IMG/VR virus record: IMGVR_UViG_3300032319_000846
Span: 1-64,000 of that record
Reading direction: 5' to 3' (one strand)
Source: a virus
Lineage: Duplodnaviria; Caudoviricetes
DNA length: 64,000 nucleotides
In this document: one piece after another, positions 31,121 to 42,497 of the stretch
Layout of the letters: every line of letters begins with the position of its first letter
Position numbering within the stretch: position 1 is the first letter of the stretch
Notes under the pieces: model-generated
Databases searched by the model: none
The model's input: the letters and a program-made list of their open reading frames with translations, nothing else
What the model was told of the DNA's origin: nothing
Made by a program: the position numbers and the translations under genes

Positions 31121-32752
31121 ATGAAAAAATTTAAAAGCATTGATGAAAATAATTATAATGCAAATAATAGTTGTAGAACTTATTATGGTGTCAATAAAGA
31201 AAACGCTACAAACAAATTTTTTAAAAATGGTTGTTGTCAAGCTATTATAAGTATTATGCAGGAAGAAGAGGATTCTTCCTATTGGTGGAAAATTCTTGTT
31301 AGCAAATCAAAAGCTATTTCTACACTTTCTTGTATTGGAATTTCATTAGATGAATATTTAAATGAATTTACATCTTTAGGATTTCCCGCTATTGCAGAAT
31401 TAGAAGAAATTGATGGTGATTATGTATTTCATATAAACAACAATCCTAAAAACAAACATAGTTATTATTTGTTTTGCTGGTTGAGACATTTGTATTATAT
31501 GCAAAATATTGTAATTAATTATTTTCATTATAAGAAAGAGTGGGAATTATCCACAAATTTGCAAAAATATAATTTGTTAGGATTTTTACATTATAATTTA
31601 GGAGGATATAGTATATTTTACAAAAGGTCTGGTAATTTCTTAAAAGAAAATGTTGTAAAAGAGTTACAAAGCTTTAAGGTTACAAATCAAAATAATGTAC
31701 ACACAGAACATTATACTGAACATCTTAAAAATTATCAAAATTTAATATTAAATCATAGTTATTATTTTGAAAATTTTGCAGATTTAGATGAATATTTAAA
31801 ATCCAGTTTGCAAAATATCCCTAAAGTTAGAAAAACAAATGCTTATACAGATATTCAATTAAATGGTAAGTGTTATGTATTTGATGATTTAAATGGACAA
31901 ATTCCCAAGTTTCCTATTCGTAAGTATTATAATGGAAAAACAGGTATTACAATTGATTTAATAGAACCATTTTTAATCAAACAATCTATTTCTATGACTC
32001 CTTTAAAAGTGCTAAGTAGACACCCTTCTCATGAGGTGTTTCGGAAAAATTCAAATCTCTTGTTTAGTAAAAATGTATTGCTACGTTTAGGTAGTATCAC
32101 TGTAGTAGATGAAACTAAATATCAAGTAAAGATTAATTCTATTCCTTCTATTCAACGGAGTAGTAATAAATTTTTAATGAAACAATGTTTTGATATTGCT
32201 AAAGTTCCAACTACTAAATGGACTGCTAACATTGAAGAAGCTAAAACATTTGAATTCCCTATTATTGCAAAACATATAAAAGGGTCACGTGGAACTGGAA
32301 ATTACAAACTTGATAGTGTAGAAGATTTGATTAAATGGAGTACTCGTAGAAATCTTGATAATTACATCTACGAAGTATTTTTTAACTCAAGTAAAGAATA
32401 TCGTATTCATGTTTCTACACATGGAGTGTTTTTAGCTTGGAGAAAATTACGTAGAAACGATACTCCTGATAATCAAAAATGGTTTTTCAATAATATCAAC
32501 TGTAATTGGATTAGTGAGCAGAATGAATTGTTTGACACACCTAAAAATTGGGATGCTATTTGTACTGCTTCTGTAGCTGCTTTAAATGCTGTAGGACTTA
32601 CTATTGGTGCTGTTGATGTACGAGTTCAATCTAATAAAAAGAAAGCTCCTGAGTTTTGTATTATTGAGATAAATTCAGCACCCTCAGCTTCAAGTGTAAT
32701 GGCTGAGAGATATGTAGCAGAAATTAACAAAATTGTTGAAAAATCAGTTTAA
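31121..32752 (+). CDS. ATP-grasp peptide ligase (RimK/YheCD-like) with a long N-terminal extension
   Basis: SNKFLMK, PIIAK..KGSRGTG, KEYRIHV, GAVDV, IEINSAP. Confidence 0.88.
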   Translation: MKKFKSIDENNYNANNSCRTYYGVNKENATNKFFKNGCCQAIISIMQEEEDSSYWWKILVSKSKAISTLSCIGISLDEYLNEFTSLGFPAIAELEEIDGDYVFHINNNPKNKHSYYLFCWLRHLYYMQNIVINYFHYKKEWELSTNLQKYNLLGFLHYNLGGYSIFYKRSGNFLKENVVKELQSFKVTNQNNVHTEHYTEHLKNYQNLILNHSYYFENFADLDEYLKSSLQNIPKVRKTNAYTDIQLNGKCYVFDDLNGQIPKFPIRKYYNGKTGITIDLIEPFLIKQSISMTPLKVLSRHPSHEVFRKNSNLLFSKNVLLRLGSITVVDETKYQVKINSIPSIQRSSNKFLMKQCFDIAKVPTTKWTANIEEAKTFEFPIIAKHIKGSRGTGNYKLDSVEDLIKWSTRRNLDNYIYEVFFNSSKEYRIHVSTHGVFLAWRKLRRNDTPDNQKWFFNNINCNWISEQNELFDTPKNWDAICTASVAALNAVGLTIGAVDVRVQSNKKKAPEFCIIEINSAPSASSVMAERYVAEINKIVEKSV

Positions 32753-32872
32753 AATCTAACTTTTTTAAAAACTACTTTTACAGCTTTGTGTGTATTAAAT
32801 TATACATAGTTGTGAAAGTAGTTTAAAATTTAATTTAATCAATCATTTATAAAACTACTTAATTAATATAAC

Positions 32873-34096
32873 ATGTGCGGAATTTCGGGGTTTTTGCCCA
32901 AAAAAGGAAAAAAAGCTGATTTAGATAGAATGTTTATGTTAGCAATTACAAATGAAGAAAGAGGTACTGATAGTTGTGGTGTAGCTATTGGTAATGATTA
33001 TTGTCAACATGGAGTGGCAAAACTATCAAAAGCACGGGATTTTATTCTTGAAAATAAAGAAGATATAAAAAAAGTGGATTTAATAAATAAACCTATTATT
33101 TTTCATACACGAAAATCTACTGTGGGTGCTTTTAGCAAACAAAATTCACACCCTATGCGATATTCTTGGAAGCATGAAGGAGAAGAAGAAGAATATCTTA
33201 CTTTAGCTCACAATGGAAGTGTAACAGAAACATGGGATATGTTTAATAAATTTGTAAAACCTTATAGCACAAAAGCTAAATGGGTTGATTACATTGATAC
33301 ACGGGTTTTTGCTCATGGATTTGCAAATGCTTTTTGTGCAAAAGATTATTCTCGTATTTTAGAAATGTTGAAAACATACAAAGGAGCAGCAGCTTTTTTA
33401 TTCTATACAAATACACATTTTTATGTATGGAAAGGTGCAGCAGGAAATGTAGAAGAGCGTCCTATGTATTATGTGGAAACAGAAGATGGATGGTATTTTC
33501 ATTCCATTAGCAGCGTGTTGGAAATTTCTTTTAATATAAAACCTACATGTGTAGGTAATAATACACTTTTAACTTTTGCACAAGTTGGAATTGTTGATAC
33601 GCTTGTTATTCCAAGAACTAAAACTGTTGTTACTACTTACAATAATACGGAAGAATATTATAAAGATGAAAAATATTATAAACCAACTGTTTCTAATAAA
33701 CATTCCACCGCTATTATTACCTCTTTAAAAATTAATCTTTTAGGATATTTTGTACACAATAACAAAATAGTAGAAAATTTTCTACCTTCTTATGGTACTT
33801 TTTGCAAAGGTTTTGCTGTATATTATGATAATGCAGATATGCAAAAAGTAATTGCTAAAGTAATAGCTTGTACAAGTAAGGAAGATTTTGATAAATTTCT
33901 TTTAGAAAATAAATTAAAAGGATTTGTAGGAAGAATTCCTATTGTAAACGCCAAAAATCAACTTGTAGCGTTATATGATGTTAATAAAAATGATTATATA
34001 AAAGAAGGAGAAATTTTTAAGGATACACGTACTTTTAAAGAATATATTTACAAAAATCAAAAAGTAGAAGAATATGTCACAAGTAGTAACCGTTAG
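32873..34096 (+). CDS. class II (Ntn) glutamine amidotransferase
   Basis: MCGISG (Cys1 nucleophile), RGTDSCG, HTRKST, NSHP, AHNGSV, DT. Confidence 0.92.
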   Translation: MCGISGFLPKKGKKADLDRMFMLAITNEERGTDSCGVAIGNDYCQHGVAKLSKARDFILENKEDIKKVDLINKPIIFHTRKSTVGAFSKQNSHPMRYSWKHEGEEEEYLTLAHNGSVTETWDMFNKFVKPYSTKAKWVDYIDTRVFAHGFANAFCAKDYSRILEMLKTYKGAAAFLFYTNTHFYVWKGAAGNVEERPMYYVETEDGWYFHSISSVLEISFNIKPTCVGNNTLLTFAQVGIVDTLVIPRTKTVVTTYNNTEEYYKDEKYYKPTVSNKHSTAIITSLKINLLGYFVHNNKIVENFLPSYGTFCKGFAVYYDNADMQKVIAKVIACTSKEDFDKFLLENKLKGFVGRIPIVNAKNQLVALYDVNKNDYIKEGEIFKDTRTFKEYIYKNQKVEEYVTSSNR

Positions 34097-35447
34097 AAAT
34101 GATGAACAAGCAAGAGAAGCTTGTAGAAAAATAGGACAGAACTACTATCTTATAAACAGAGATGTGTTTGAAATAGGTCAAAAATGGTATAGAGAACCTC
34201 TTACATTTTTAGATAATTATGATGGAGTTAGAAAACTTAAATCAGAACATTCATACAGCACTGTTTATGAAAACCACGATTCTAATAATGTAGTAACTAC
34301 TACACAGGCGATTATTTATTACTATGCGGGAGGCACAAAAGAAATTTGTGTATCAGCACTTAGTACAGGTAAATTAATTCCTTCTTGGTTTTTAGAAGGA
34401 GTTTATATTGATAAGAATTATAAAAAAATTTACCCTGTAAGAAGAACACATAAGCATTACAGTATGAATGAAAGTCCTGATACTGCTAAACTAATTCTTA
34501 GTAATAAAGAAATACATGCGGATTTTGATTGTATTAAAAAAGAATTAGCAGGATTAACATTTGGATTTGAGATTGAAACTTCTGAAGGAGAAATTTTGAA
34601 TAAAATTGTAAATGACTACAAATTTGTAAAACTTTATGATGGAAGTATTACAGGACATGAGTTTGTTTCTGTTCCTTTAGAAGTAGAAAATTTTGATTAT
34701 TTAAGACAATTTTGTAGTTTATTAAAGAAAGCATGTAATAAAAATATGTTTTGCTCTACACACGTTCATGTAGGAGGAATTCCATATAGTGAAGATAATT
34801 TTACAGCTATTTTTTCTTTATTTAAAAGATTGGAACATGAAATTCACTCTATTGTTCCTCCTTATAAAAAATCTTTGAATTATTTTGCTTCTAAAAGAAC
34901 AAGTGGATTAGGGGAAATGAAAGACCATTGTAAGTATTTACCTGACCATGTAAATCTTGCAGAAGGTGCTAAAAACCCTACTTTATTTACTAAACAAGTT
35001 GCTGTATATTTTGCTAATGGTAATAAAGTGAAGACAGAACATTTGGGTAGCGATTACTACAATACTATTCTTGATACAAGAAAATGGAATCTTAATCGTT
35101 ATTTTTTTGTCAATTTTGTAAATTATCTTTTTAAACAAAATGGAACTATTGAATTTAGACTATTAGAATCTACCTTTTGTTTTGAGCATATTCTTTATTG
35201 GACACTTCTTAATGTTGCTATTATTAAATATGCAATTAAAGAAAAGAAGAAAGTGTTTAAAAGAAAAGATAAAATTACTTTAGAAGATTGCGTTTATGGA
35301 ACATATTCTGAAGATGTAGCTGTAAAAATATTTGAATGGATTCAAATGCGTAGAAATAAATATTCTAATTATTTAAATTCAATGGATGATTTTGGTGGAG
35401 CACATCATTTTGATAACTTAACAGATGTATCAGCAGTAACATGGTAG
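34074..35447 (+). CDS. putative amidoligase (COOH-NH2 ligase, Amidoligase_2-like)
   Basis: TFGFEIE, YDGSI, EFVS, CSTHVHVG, RYFFVN, TIEFR. Confidence 0.88.
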   Translation: MSQVVTVRNDEQAREACRKIGQNYYLINRDVFEIGQKWYREPLTFLDNYDGVRKLKSEHSYSTVYENHDSNNVVTTTQAIIYYYAGGTKEICVSALSTGKLIPSWFLEGVYIDKNYKKIYPVRRTHKHYSMNESPDTAKLILSNKEIHADFDCIKKELAGLTFGFEIETSEGEILNKIVNDYKFVKLYDGSITGHEFVSVPLEVENFDYLRQFCSLLKKACNKNMFCSTHVHVGGIPYSEDNFTAIFSLFKRLEHEIHSIVPPYKKSLNYFASKRTSGLGEMKDHCKYLPDHVNLAEGAKNPTLFTKQVAVYFANGNKVKTEHLGSDYYNTILDTRKWNLNRYFFVNFVNYLFKQNGTIEFRLLESTFCFEHILYWTLLNVAIIKYAIKEKKKVFKRKDKITLEDCVYGTYSEDVAVKIFEWIQMRRNKYSNYLNSMDDFGGAHHFDNLTDVSAVTW

Positions 35448-36850
35448 AATTTAGATTGTCAGAAGAACAAGAAAAGAAAGCTGAAGCATGGAAAAGGGAG
35501 AAAATAAGTTCTCCTTTTTTTAATAAAGAGGTAACAGAAATTAATAGATTTTTTACTTATGAATTTATCAATACAGGAATTTGTACATTTGTAACAATAC
35601 GAGGAATAGATGGTGATTCATTAGATTTAACTGAATATAATAAAATATGAAAGTAAAAACAATACTTGCTCAGGAATACTCTAAATCTATTAGTAAAAAT
35701 GAGACTTATATAAAATTCCTATCACAAGCTTATATTGCAGGATTTGAACAAGCTGTAGAATACATAGCTAATTTTCCTGTATTTGATGGTGTATATACAA
35801 TAGCACAAGGCGCAGCAGAGGGAACAGAATTACTTGAAATGTTAAAAGAAGAAATATTAGATGCAAAAGAACATGAAATATAAAGAAAAATTGTTTAACG
35901 AATTTGTAAAAAAAATTTCTACTAACCCAGAATACTTCAAAAAATCAGAAGTAGATTTGTTAGAAGAAGCTTTTAATTGTGCATGGAAAAAAGCTTTAGA
36001 ATTTGCTGTTGAAGAATCTGGACAATTCAGTAGTGTAGATGAATTTTATGGACATATTATAAAATTAATATGAAAACATACGAAATTCCTATTATTTGGG
36101 AATCTTATAAGAGATATGTTGTAGAAGCAGAAAACTTACAAGAAGCTGTTACAGAAGCTTTAAAAATATTTTTAGCTGAATCTGATGATAATTATATTCA
36201 GGATAGTTTTGATATAGATGGTATTTTACAAAATGAAACATATGAAGAATATGATGTACACCAAGCAATAATTGCAATTAATAAACAATGAAACATTTTT
36301 TAGTAAAAGAGGATTCAAACTATGCTGATGAGTTTGATTTACAAGGATTTAAACTATTTGAAGCTGAATCTGAAGAAGATTTAAAATCGACAATATTATT
36401 ACGAGTATTAGATGGAGGTGAATTTCCATTAGATAAATATTTCGGAACTAATGAAGTTATTGAGATTGAGGATGAAGAAGCCTTATGGAACATGTTAGAT
36501 ATTACTGAAATATCTAAAACGGATTATGACATATTATTAAAATTATTTCGATTTATAAATAAATCCCCATTTGGATTAACAGGAATACTATGACATTACA
36601 GGAAAGAGCACAGCTACAACTCGCACAAAAAGCAATTGAAGAAAATCTTTTTAAACAAAAAAAAGAATTTCTGAACAGTGGACAATATTTAGAAGCTTCT
36701 TTTTTAGAGCAAGCTGAATTATTGGATGAATTTATGGAAAGTCATGCTATGGATTATGAAGAATTACGGCAGTTAAACACACAGCTTAGTGATTTTCTTG
36801 TTGAGAGTTATAATACAGAAGATGAAGACTGCCTCAACTGTGGTTCATAA
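35441..36850 (+). other. cluster of small hypothetical genes
   Basis: Six overlapping co-oriented ORFs. Confidence 0.65.
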
Positions 36851-37044
36851 TGACTTTGTACACAATACAAGGAAATTTGTTTATTATAGGGAATGATTAT
36901 AGAAAGAATACTTATAACTATAAAGTTTCTAATAGAGAAGGAATTACATATTCTATTGAATTTACTAAACTTTTATTTTCTATGGATAGTGTTGAACATT
37001 CTTTTAAACTAATTAAGCTATAAAATTATAAAATTTGTAATTTC

Positions 37045-37086
37045 TTGCTATATTTGTGTAAAATTAAATTTATACAAATATGGCAA
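37045..37086 (+). promoter_or_regulatory. promoter inside a start-codon-sequestering hairpin
   Basis: TTGCTATATTTGTGTAAA / TTTATACAAATATGGCAA forms an 18-bp stem (two G.U pairs) covering ATG 37080; TATATTTG at 37049-37056. Confidence 0.78.
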
Positions 37087-37460
37087 AATCCAGAGTAGAA
37101 AAAACAAGAAATGGAAATACTTGGACAGAAGCAAGATATTTTCAGCAAATTAGGAGTGCATTAAGAAATGCATTTCGTTATTATAAACCTTTTCAAGAAG
37201 CATTAGAAAAATCTAGTAGACCTTCTCAATCTTTAAATAAACGTTTAAAAAAAGAATATCAATGTGCTCATTGTTTGAAATGGTTTAAGCGTTCTGATAT
37301 AGAAATTGACCATATTCAAGAATGTGGTAGTTTAAATTCTTATGAAGACATTGTTCCTTTCATTAAAAGATTAGCTGTTGAAGATTCTTCATTATTGCAA
37401 ATTCTTTGTAAGGAAGACCATAAAATTAAAACTAAATCTTATTTACAAAGAAAAAAATGA
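37080..37460 (+). CDS. HNH-type endonuclease
   Basis: YQCAHC...EIDHIQECG...LQILCKEDH..KT. Confidence 0.8.
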   Translation: MAKSRVEKTRNGNTWTEARYFQQIRSALRNAFRYYKPFQEALEKSSRPSQSLNKRLKKEYQCAHCLKWFKRSDIEIDHIQECGSLNSYEDIVPFIKRLAVEDSSLLQILCKEDHKIKTKSYLQRKK

Positions 37461-37633
37461 AAAATAGTATTAGAAATATGGTAGATGGGAGAACTAAAAC
37501 TGCTGGAAGTTTTGTTTGGAAAATCTTTAAAAATACATCTTGCTACTCCTCTCTTCACTCTAAAAATAAAAAAGATGAATCTTGAAAAACTCCCTAAACT
37601 AAGCTTTAGAAAATACAAAAAAAGAGAAGAAAT

Positions 37634-40600
37634 ATGAACGTTTCAGATTTTAACAAAAAATACAGTAATTATTTAGAATTTGGTCATTATGGGGTATTTA
37701 TTGACAATGAGAGATTCTTGAAGTATTTAAATGAAATGTTTATGAACATTATATTACATCATCCTAAATTTAAATTTACACAGGTAAAAGCTAAATTTGG
37801 ACAAGTTAGATTTTATTCTAATTTAGAAATGGAAACAGGATTACAATTAGAATCTGAGTTAAACACTTATTACAAAACCCTAATAAATCAAAAAGATGGA
37901 CAATAATATTAAATGGCTTGAACCAGAAGAAATATTTGAACAATTGAATTATTTAGGAACATTATCTGATACGTCTGTAGATTCAGAAAACCCTCATGCA
38001 ATTGCGTTTTTTATAGAAAAACTAAGTGCAAATTTCGCAAATGCTTCTTATGTGTATGGTTCTGCAAGATATAGATATGATGAAAGAAAATCTCCATCTT
38101 CTATAGCTTTAAAAACATGGGCTGAAGAATTAGTAGATAAGCTAAACAAAAGATTGTCAGCATTGCAATCTGTGATGCATGTGGCAAGAGATGAAAAAAA
38201 CAATTCTAAATTTCAACCTTTTTAATTTTATAATGAAAACTTTCTTTAAAAACTTATTAAATATGACAAAATGGAGATTCTTAACTTCTCAAAAGTTAGT
38301 AGAAATGCCTGATAAATTTACAAAAATGCATAACGAGTTCTTAGAAAAGGAATCAAATAAAGTGATAGATAATATTCCTATTACAATTAATATTCCTAAA
38401 ACTAAGAAAATAAAAAAAAGAGAAAGAAAACGGATGTTTACTCCTACAAAAGAATTAGTTAAAACTTATAATAACACACCTAAGCCAATAAAAACAGTAA
38501 ATACATATATAGATTTAGTAGTAGAACAATTGGAAGTACTTCCAAAGGTGTCAATGCAAACACAATAAACAACTTAAAATTTTATCTAATGATTGTAGAA
38601 AAAAAGTGGTGGGAATTGGAATTTGCTTATACAATAGAGAAAGATGCAACAATCATCTGGTATAACGATTTATTTTTAGATAGGAATAAAATCCCAAATA
38701 GGGAGAACATTGTAGATTATCTACAAGAAAAATATCCTAATATTAAAGTTGTGGATATTGGTAAAATGTTTGAAGTGATAGAAGTTATAACACATACACA
38801 AATTGAATACTAATGGAAGATTCAAAACAGTTAATTGAATTATTACTTTTAAAAGGTTTTAAACAAAATGCAGATTTAACAAGTTATGCTCATTTTAGTA
38901 AAAATAATATATCAATCACTTTAGATATAAAACACATTACGTTGCTTGTAAACTCAACTCTTATTGATACCCCCACATTTAAAAGAATCCAAGATGATGT
39001 AGTGAAAGGATTTACAGATTGTAAAACCTATATAAATTTACTTATATGAATGCACTTGAAACAATTTTAAACAATAATAATTTTGATGAAATAAGCAGTT
39101 CTTTAATAAAAGGTAGAAAATGGAAAAAAGATGATTTTACTTTTGGACATAACGATATATATTCTTATGAGAGTTATATTCTTTCTTTTAAATCAAAAAA
39201 ATTTGGATTTGTTCATGAAAATTTTATTGTATGGGAGAAATATGAAAGATGTATAGAACAACTACAAGAAGCAATTGATTGGATGGAAAAATGTAAAAAC
39301 TTATAAATACGTATAAAATATTAATTATATAATTTGTGCCAAAAATAATGCAAATTATTATACATTACGCAATTACTATATATGAAAATCAATTACTTAC
39401 TGCTTCCTAATGGTGAGAAACTTATTCCTTATTACCATTATGATTTTAAAGCAGTCGAAATTAATGATGTGTATTATTTTATAGATGGCTTTCAAGATTA
39501 TACAAGAACGTCTCATCCTAATTTGGTAAAACAAGCATCTGTTAATGCTTTATTACCTGTAATTAGAGAAGAGTTTCAATGGACATCTATCTATAATAAA
39601 GATTTAACCAGAAGAGAAAAACCTGTTACAAGAATTCTAAAGGATTTAGAGGATGAACATTTAGATTCTATAATCACTTATCTTCAAAAACGTATTATTG
39701 ATGTGAAAGATGAAGAAGGAATGAACGGTGCTATACAACAAATGAAATTTACTATAAAGGTAATGAAAGCAGAAATTAGTTATCGAAAAAAGAATGCAAA
39801 AAAAGAAGAAACAAGAGAAGCTTGATGATAGAAGTTCTTATGATATTCCTCCTTTAAGTAAAAATGAACAATTTGTTGCTTTTATTACTTGGGGAGGAAT
39901 TCCTATTAATTTATCTGGTGTAAGAGAAACAATAATGTTTAAGGAAAATTATGCAAAATATTCAACAGGAATTTGGGATAGTCTCATTTGATACAGCTTT
40001 ACTTGCTAAAGAAAAAGGATATAAAAAAAGAAATGGTTGGATGGGGTGGGTTGATAAATTTTATCATCCAAAAACAAAAACTATTTTAGCTTATGGAAGA
40101 ATTGGTAAATGTAAGCAAAGTGATTTAATCTATGCTCCTCAGCAACACATTTTACAGAAATGGTTACGAGAAAAACATAAAATAAATATAGTTGTAGATG
40201 TAGTAGATAGTTTAAAAGGTTTTTATTATGATTATTATATTGTACTTCATAATGTTAGAGAGCGGGATAATACTCAAGCAAAAATAGAATACGATGGATG
40301 GGCAGTAAAAAAGGATACTTACGAAGAAGCTCTTGAAACTGGTATAATAGACGCATTGACAAAAATCAATAATGAGAACAACTAAAGAACTTCTAATTCT
40401 TTTAATAGAATATTATAAAGATGCTCCATATACAGGAATTTGCAATGCTGTAAATAGTATGGAAGATTCAGGAACTATTAGCTTTCAAGAATTTCAAGAA
40501 TTAAATGCTTATTTAAAAGATAATAAACCCTCTTCATCTTTACATGTGGAGTTTTACGATACATCTGAAAAACCTTTTGGATATTGGTGGCCTATTAAGA

Positions 40601-40671
40601 GTACATTAGAACAAGATGTTGTACAGATTAGAATGAATTATTTAGATTATTTAATAAATGAAACTTATTGA
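37634..40671 (+). other. cluster of small hypothetical genes
   Basis: Includes a QxKxKFGxxRFY-family protein (37634-37906) and other unannotated ORFs. Confidence 0.65.
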
Positions 40672-41515
40672 CCCCACTTTATTTTACATTGTAAAAGCTG
40701 AATTACAGCAAACATTATGGAGAATTTCTTTAGATGAGATTAAACTTGCTGCTAAATTAGGTAAATCTATTTATGTTGTAGATATATATCAAAATTTTGT
40801 ATCTTCCACCTATCCTTTATTTGAAATTGAAAAATATTTAACTATAGAGGATGTAGATGTGGTTTATTTAAGATATGAGCAAGAAGATGTAGTTGTGCTT
40901 CCAACAATTATATGTAATTTGTTATTTAAATTTCATAGTGGGTGGGTAAATTTAATGTATAATTATTTTTTATCTGAAGATTTTATTATACTTATACAAA
41001 CAATAAAAGATATTAGGAATAATTCAAATGAATGTTTTCCTATTATTACAGATATGTTTAATTGTTTTGTGGTAAATCCTACTAAATTAAAAGGAGCTAT
41101 TATAAGTGAGTACAGCTATAGAAATAAATTTAATTCTGGGTATGCTTTAGCTACATTTGAAAAGGAAAAACCTCCAACATTAAAAGCTATTGAAAATTCT
41201 ATAAAACCTAAGAAAAGCTTTAATTGGTATCTACAAAATGATATGCTTGATTCAGTAAGTCAGGGTTGCTTTTTGTTTAATGTGGAATTAATAAGTGAAT
41301 ATTCTAATAATAAATTTACTGAAGAAGTTTGTAAAATATTAAAACATTTAAATATTTGTACATTATTATTAGGAACAGGATTGTTTAAACTATCTAATTT
41401 ATTAGGAGAAAAAGTATTGATGTCTCCACATCCATTAGAAATTTTAAAAGATAAAAAAGAGTATAATACAGATATTTTTATTAAATTTGAAGAAATGTCA
41501 AAAATTAATTTCTAA
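40658..41515 (+). CDS. uracil-DNA glycosylase family 1-like protein, catalytically degenerate
   Basis: W..L, FP...DMFNCF, G.AL, PPTL..I, QGCFLFN, FT, LLG and SPHP occur in UNG order, but GQDPY is replaced by SEYSY. Confidence 0.75.
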   Translation: MKLIDPTLFYIVKAELQQTLWRISLDEIKLAAKLGKSIYVVDIYQNFVSSTYPLFEIEKYLTIEDVDVVYLRYEQEDVVVLPTIICNLLFKFHSGWVNLMYNYFLSEDFIILIQTIKDIRNNSNECFPIITDMFNCFVVNPTKLKGAIISEYSYRNKFNSGYALATFEKEKPPTLKAIENSIKPKKSFNWYLQNDMLDSVSQGCFLFNVELISEYSNNKFTEEVCKILKHLNICTLLLGTGLFKLSNLLGEKVLMSPHPLEILKDKKEYNTDIFIKFEEMSKINF

Positions 41516-41572
41516 TCAAATAAATTAGTTAATAATACTTGTAAATAGTTAAAATAAGTTGTATATTTGTTT

Positions 41573-41716
41573 ATGAAAAATAAACAGATACAAAGTTATG
41601 TTTCAGAGGAACTTTATCTTCAATTGAAACAGGTTGCACAGAGTCAAGGACTTTTAGTAGCAACACTAATCAGACAACTTATTATTAATCATTTAAAAAG
41701 TATTAAAAATGATTGA
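41573..41716 (+). CDS. ribbon-helix-helix (CopG-like) small DNA-binding protein, 47 aa (not in ORF track)
   Basis: MKNKQIQSYVSEELYLQLKQVAQSQGLLVATLIRQLIINHLKSIKND has the beta-alpha-alpha RHH pattern; overlaps the downstream nuclease start. Confidence 0.7.
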   Translation: MKNKQIQSYVSEELYLQLKQVAQSQGLLVATLIRQLIINHLKSIKND

Positions 41717-42497
41717 AGATGAAGGAAAATTCTACTTATATAGACATATAAGATTAGATACTAATGAGGTATTTTATGTTGGTATTGGAAGTAAACCTTT
41801 AGATGCAAAATCACATGAGTATATTTATACCAGAGCTTATAATCAAACCCAAAGAAGTGAATTTTGGAAAAGAATTGTTGATAAAACAGAATATAGAGTG
41901 GAGATAATTCTTGAATCTGATGATAAAGAGTTTATTGGAAATAAAGAAAAAGAATTTATTAGATTGTATGGTAGAAGATGTAATAATGAGGGTACTTTAG
42001 CAAATATTTGTACAGGAGGTATAAAAGATTGGAAATATACACATTCGAGTATTGCAAAAATTAAAATGTCTGAAACAAGAAAAGGAAGAAAAAGACCAAT
42101 TGAAGTGTGTGAAAAAATTAGAAAAACTTTAACAGGTAAACCAAGAGAGGATTTATTAGTATATTATGATATATATGATTTAGAAGGAATTTTAGTTTAT
42201 AAAGAAAAAACAGTAAAAGAGTTGTCTACTCTTTTAGGAGTTTGTTATTCTACAATTAGATATGCCACAATAAAAAAATATAAACTATTAAAGAAATATT
42301 ATAGTGTTGTTTCTGGTTCTTCTTTTGAATTAACAAATCATATTACTAAATACAGAGAAACCCATCCAACAGTTTGTACATCTAAAGATTGTGATAAAAA
42401 AACTTACGCTTTAGGTTATTGTATTTATCATTACTATCACGAAGCAGAAGGAGTCAAAGAAAGAATTCAAACTAATGTTAAAAAAAGAAAGTCTTAA
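41709..42497 (+). CDS. GIY-YIG-like endonuclease with NUMOD3
   Basis: FYLYRH...FYVGIG...RAY...E.EFI..YGR...G.LAN...GG; NUMOD3-like KMSETRKG/KIRKTLTG. Confidence 0.82.
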   Translation: MIEDEGKFYLYRHIRLDTNEVFYVGIGSKPLDAKSHEYIYTRAYNQTQRSEFWKRIVDKTEYRVEIILESDDKEFIGNKEKEFIRLYGRRCNNEGTLANICTGGIKDWKYTHSSIAKIKMSETRKGRKRPIEVCEKIRKTLTGKPREDLLVYYDIYDLEGILVYKEKTVKELSTLLGVCYSTIRYATIKKYKLLKKYYSVVSGSSFELTNHITKYRETHPTVCTSKDCDKKTYALGYCIYHYYHEAEGVKERIQTNVKKRKS

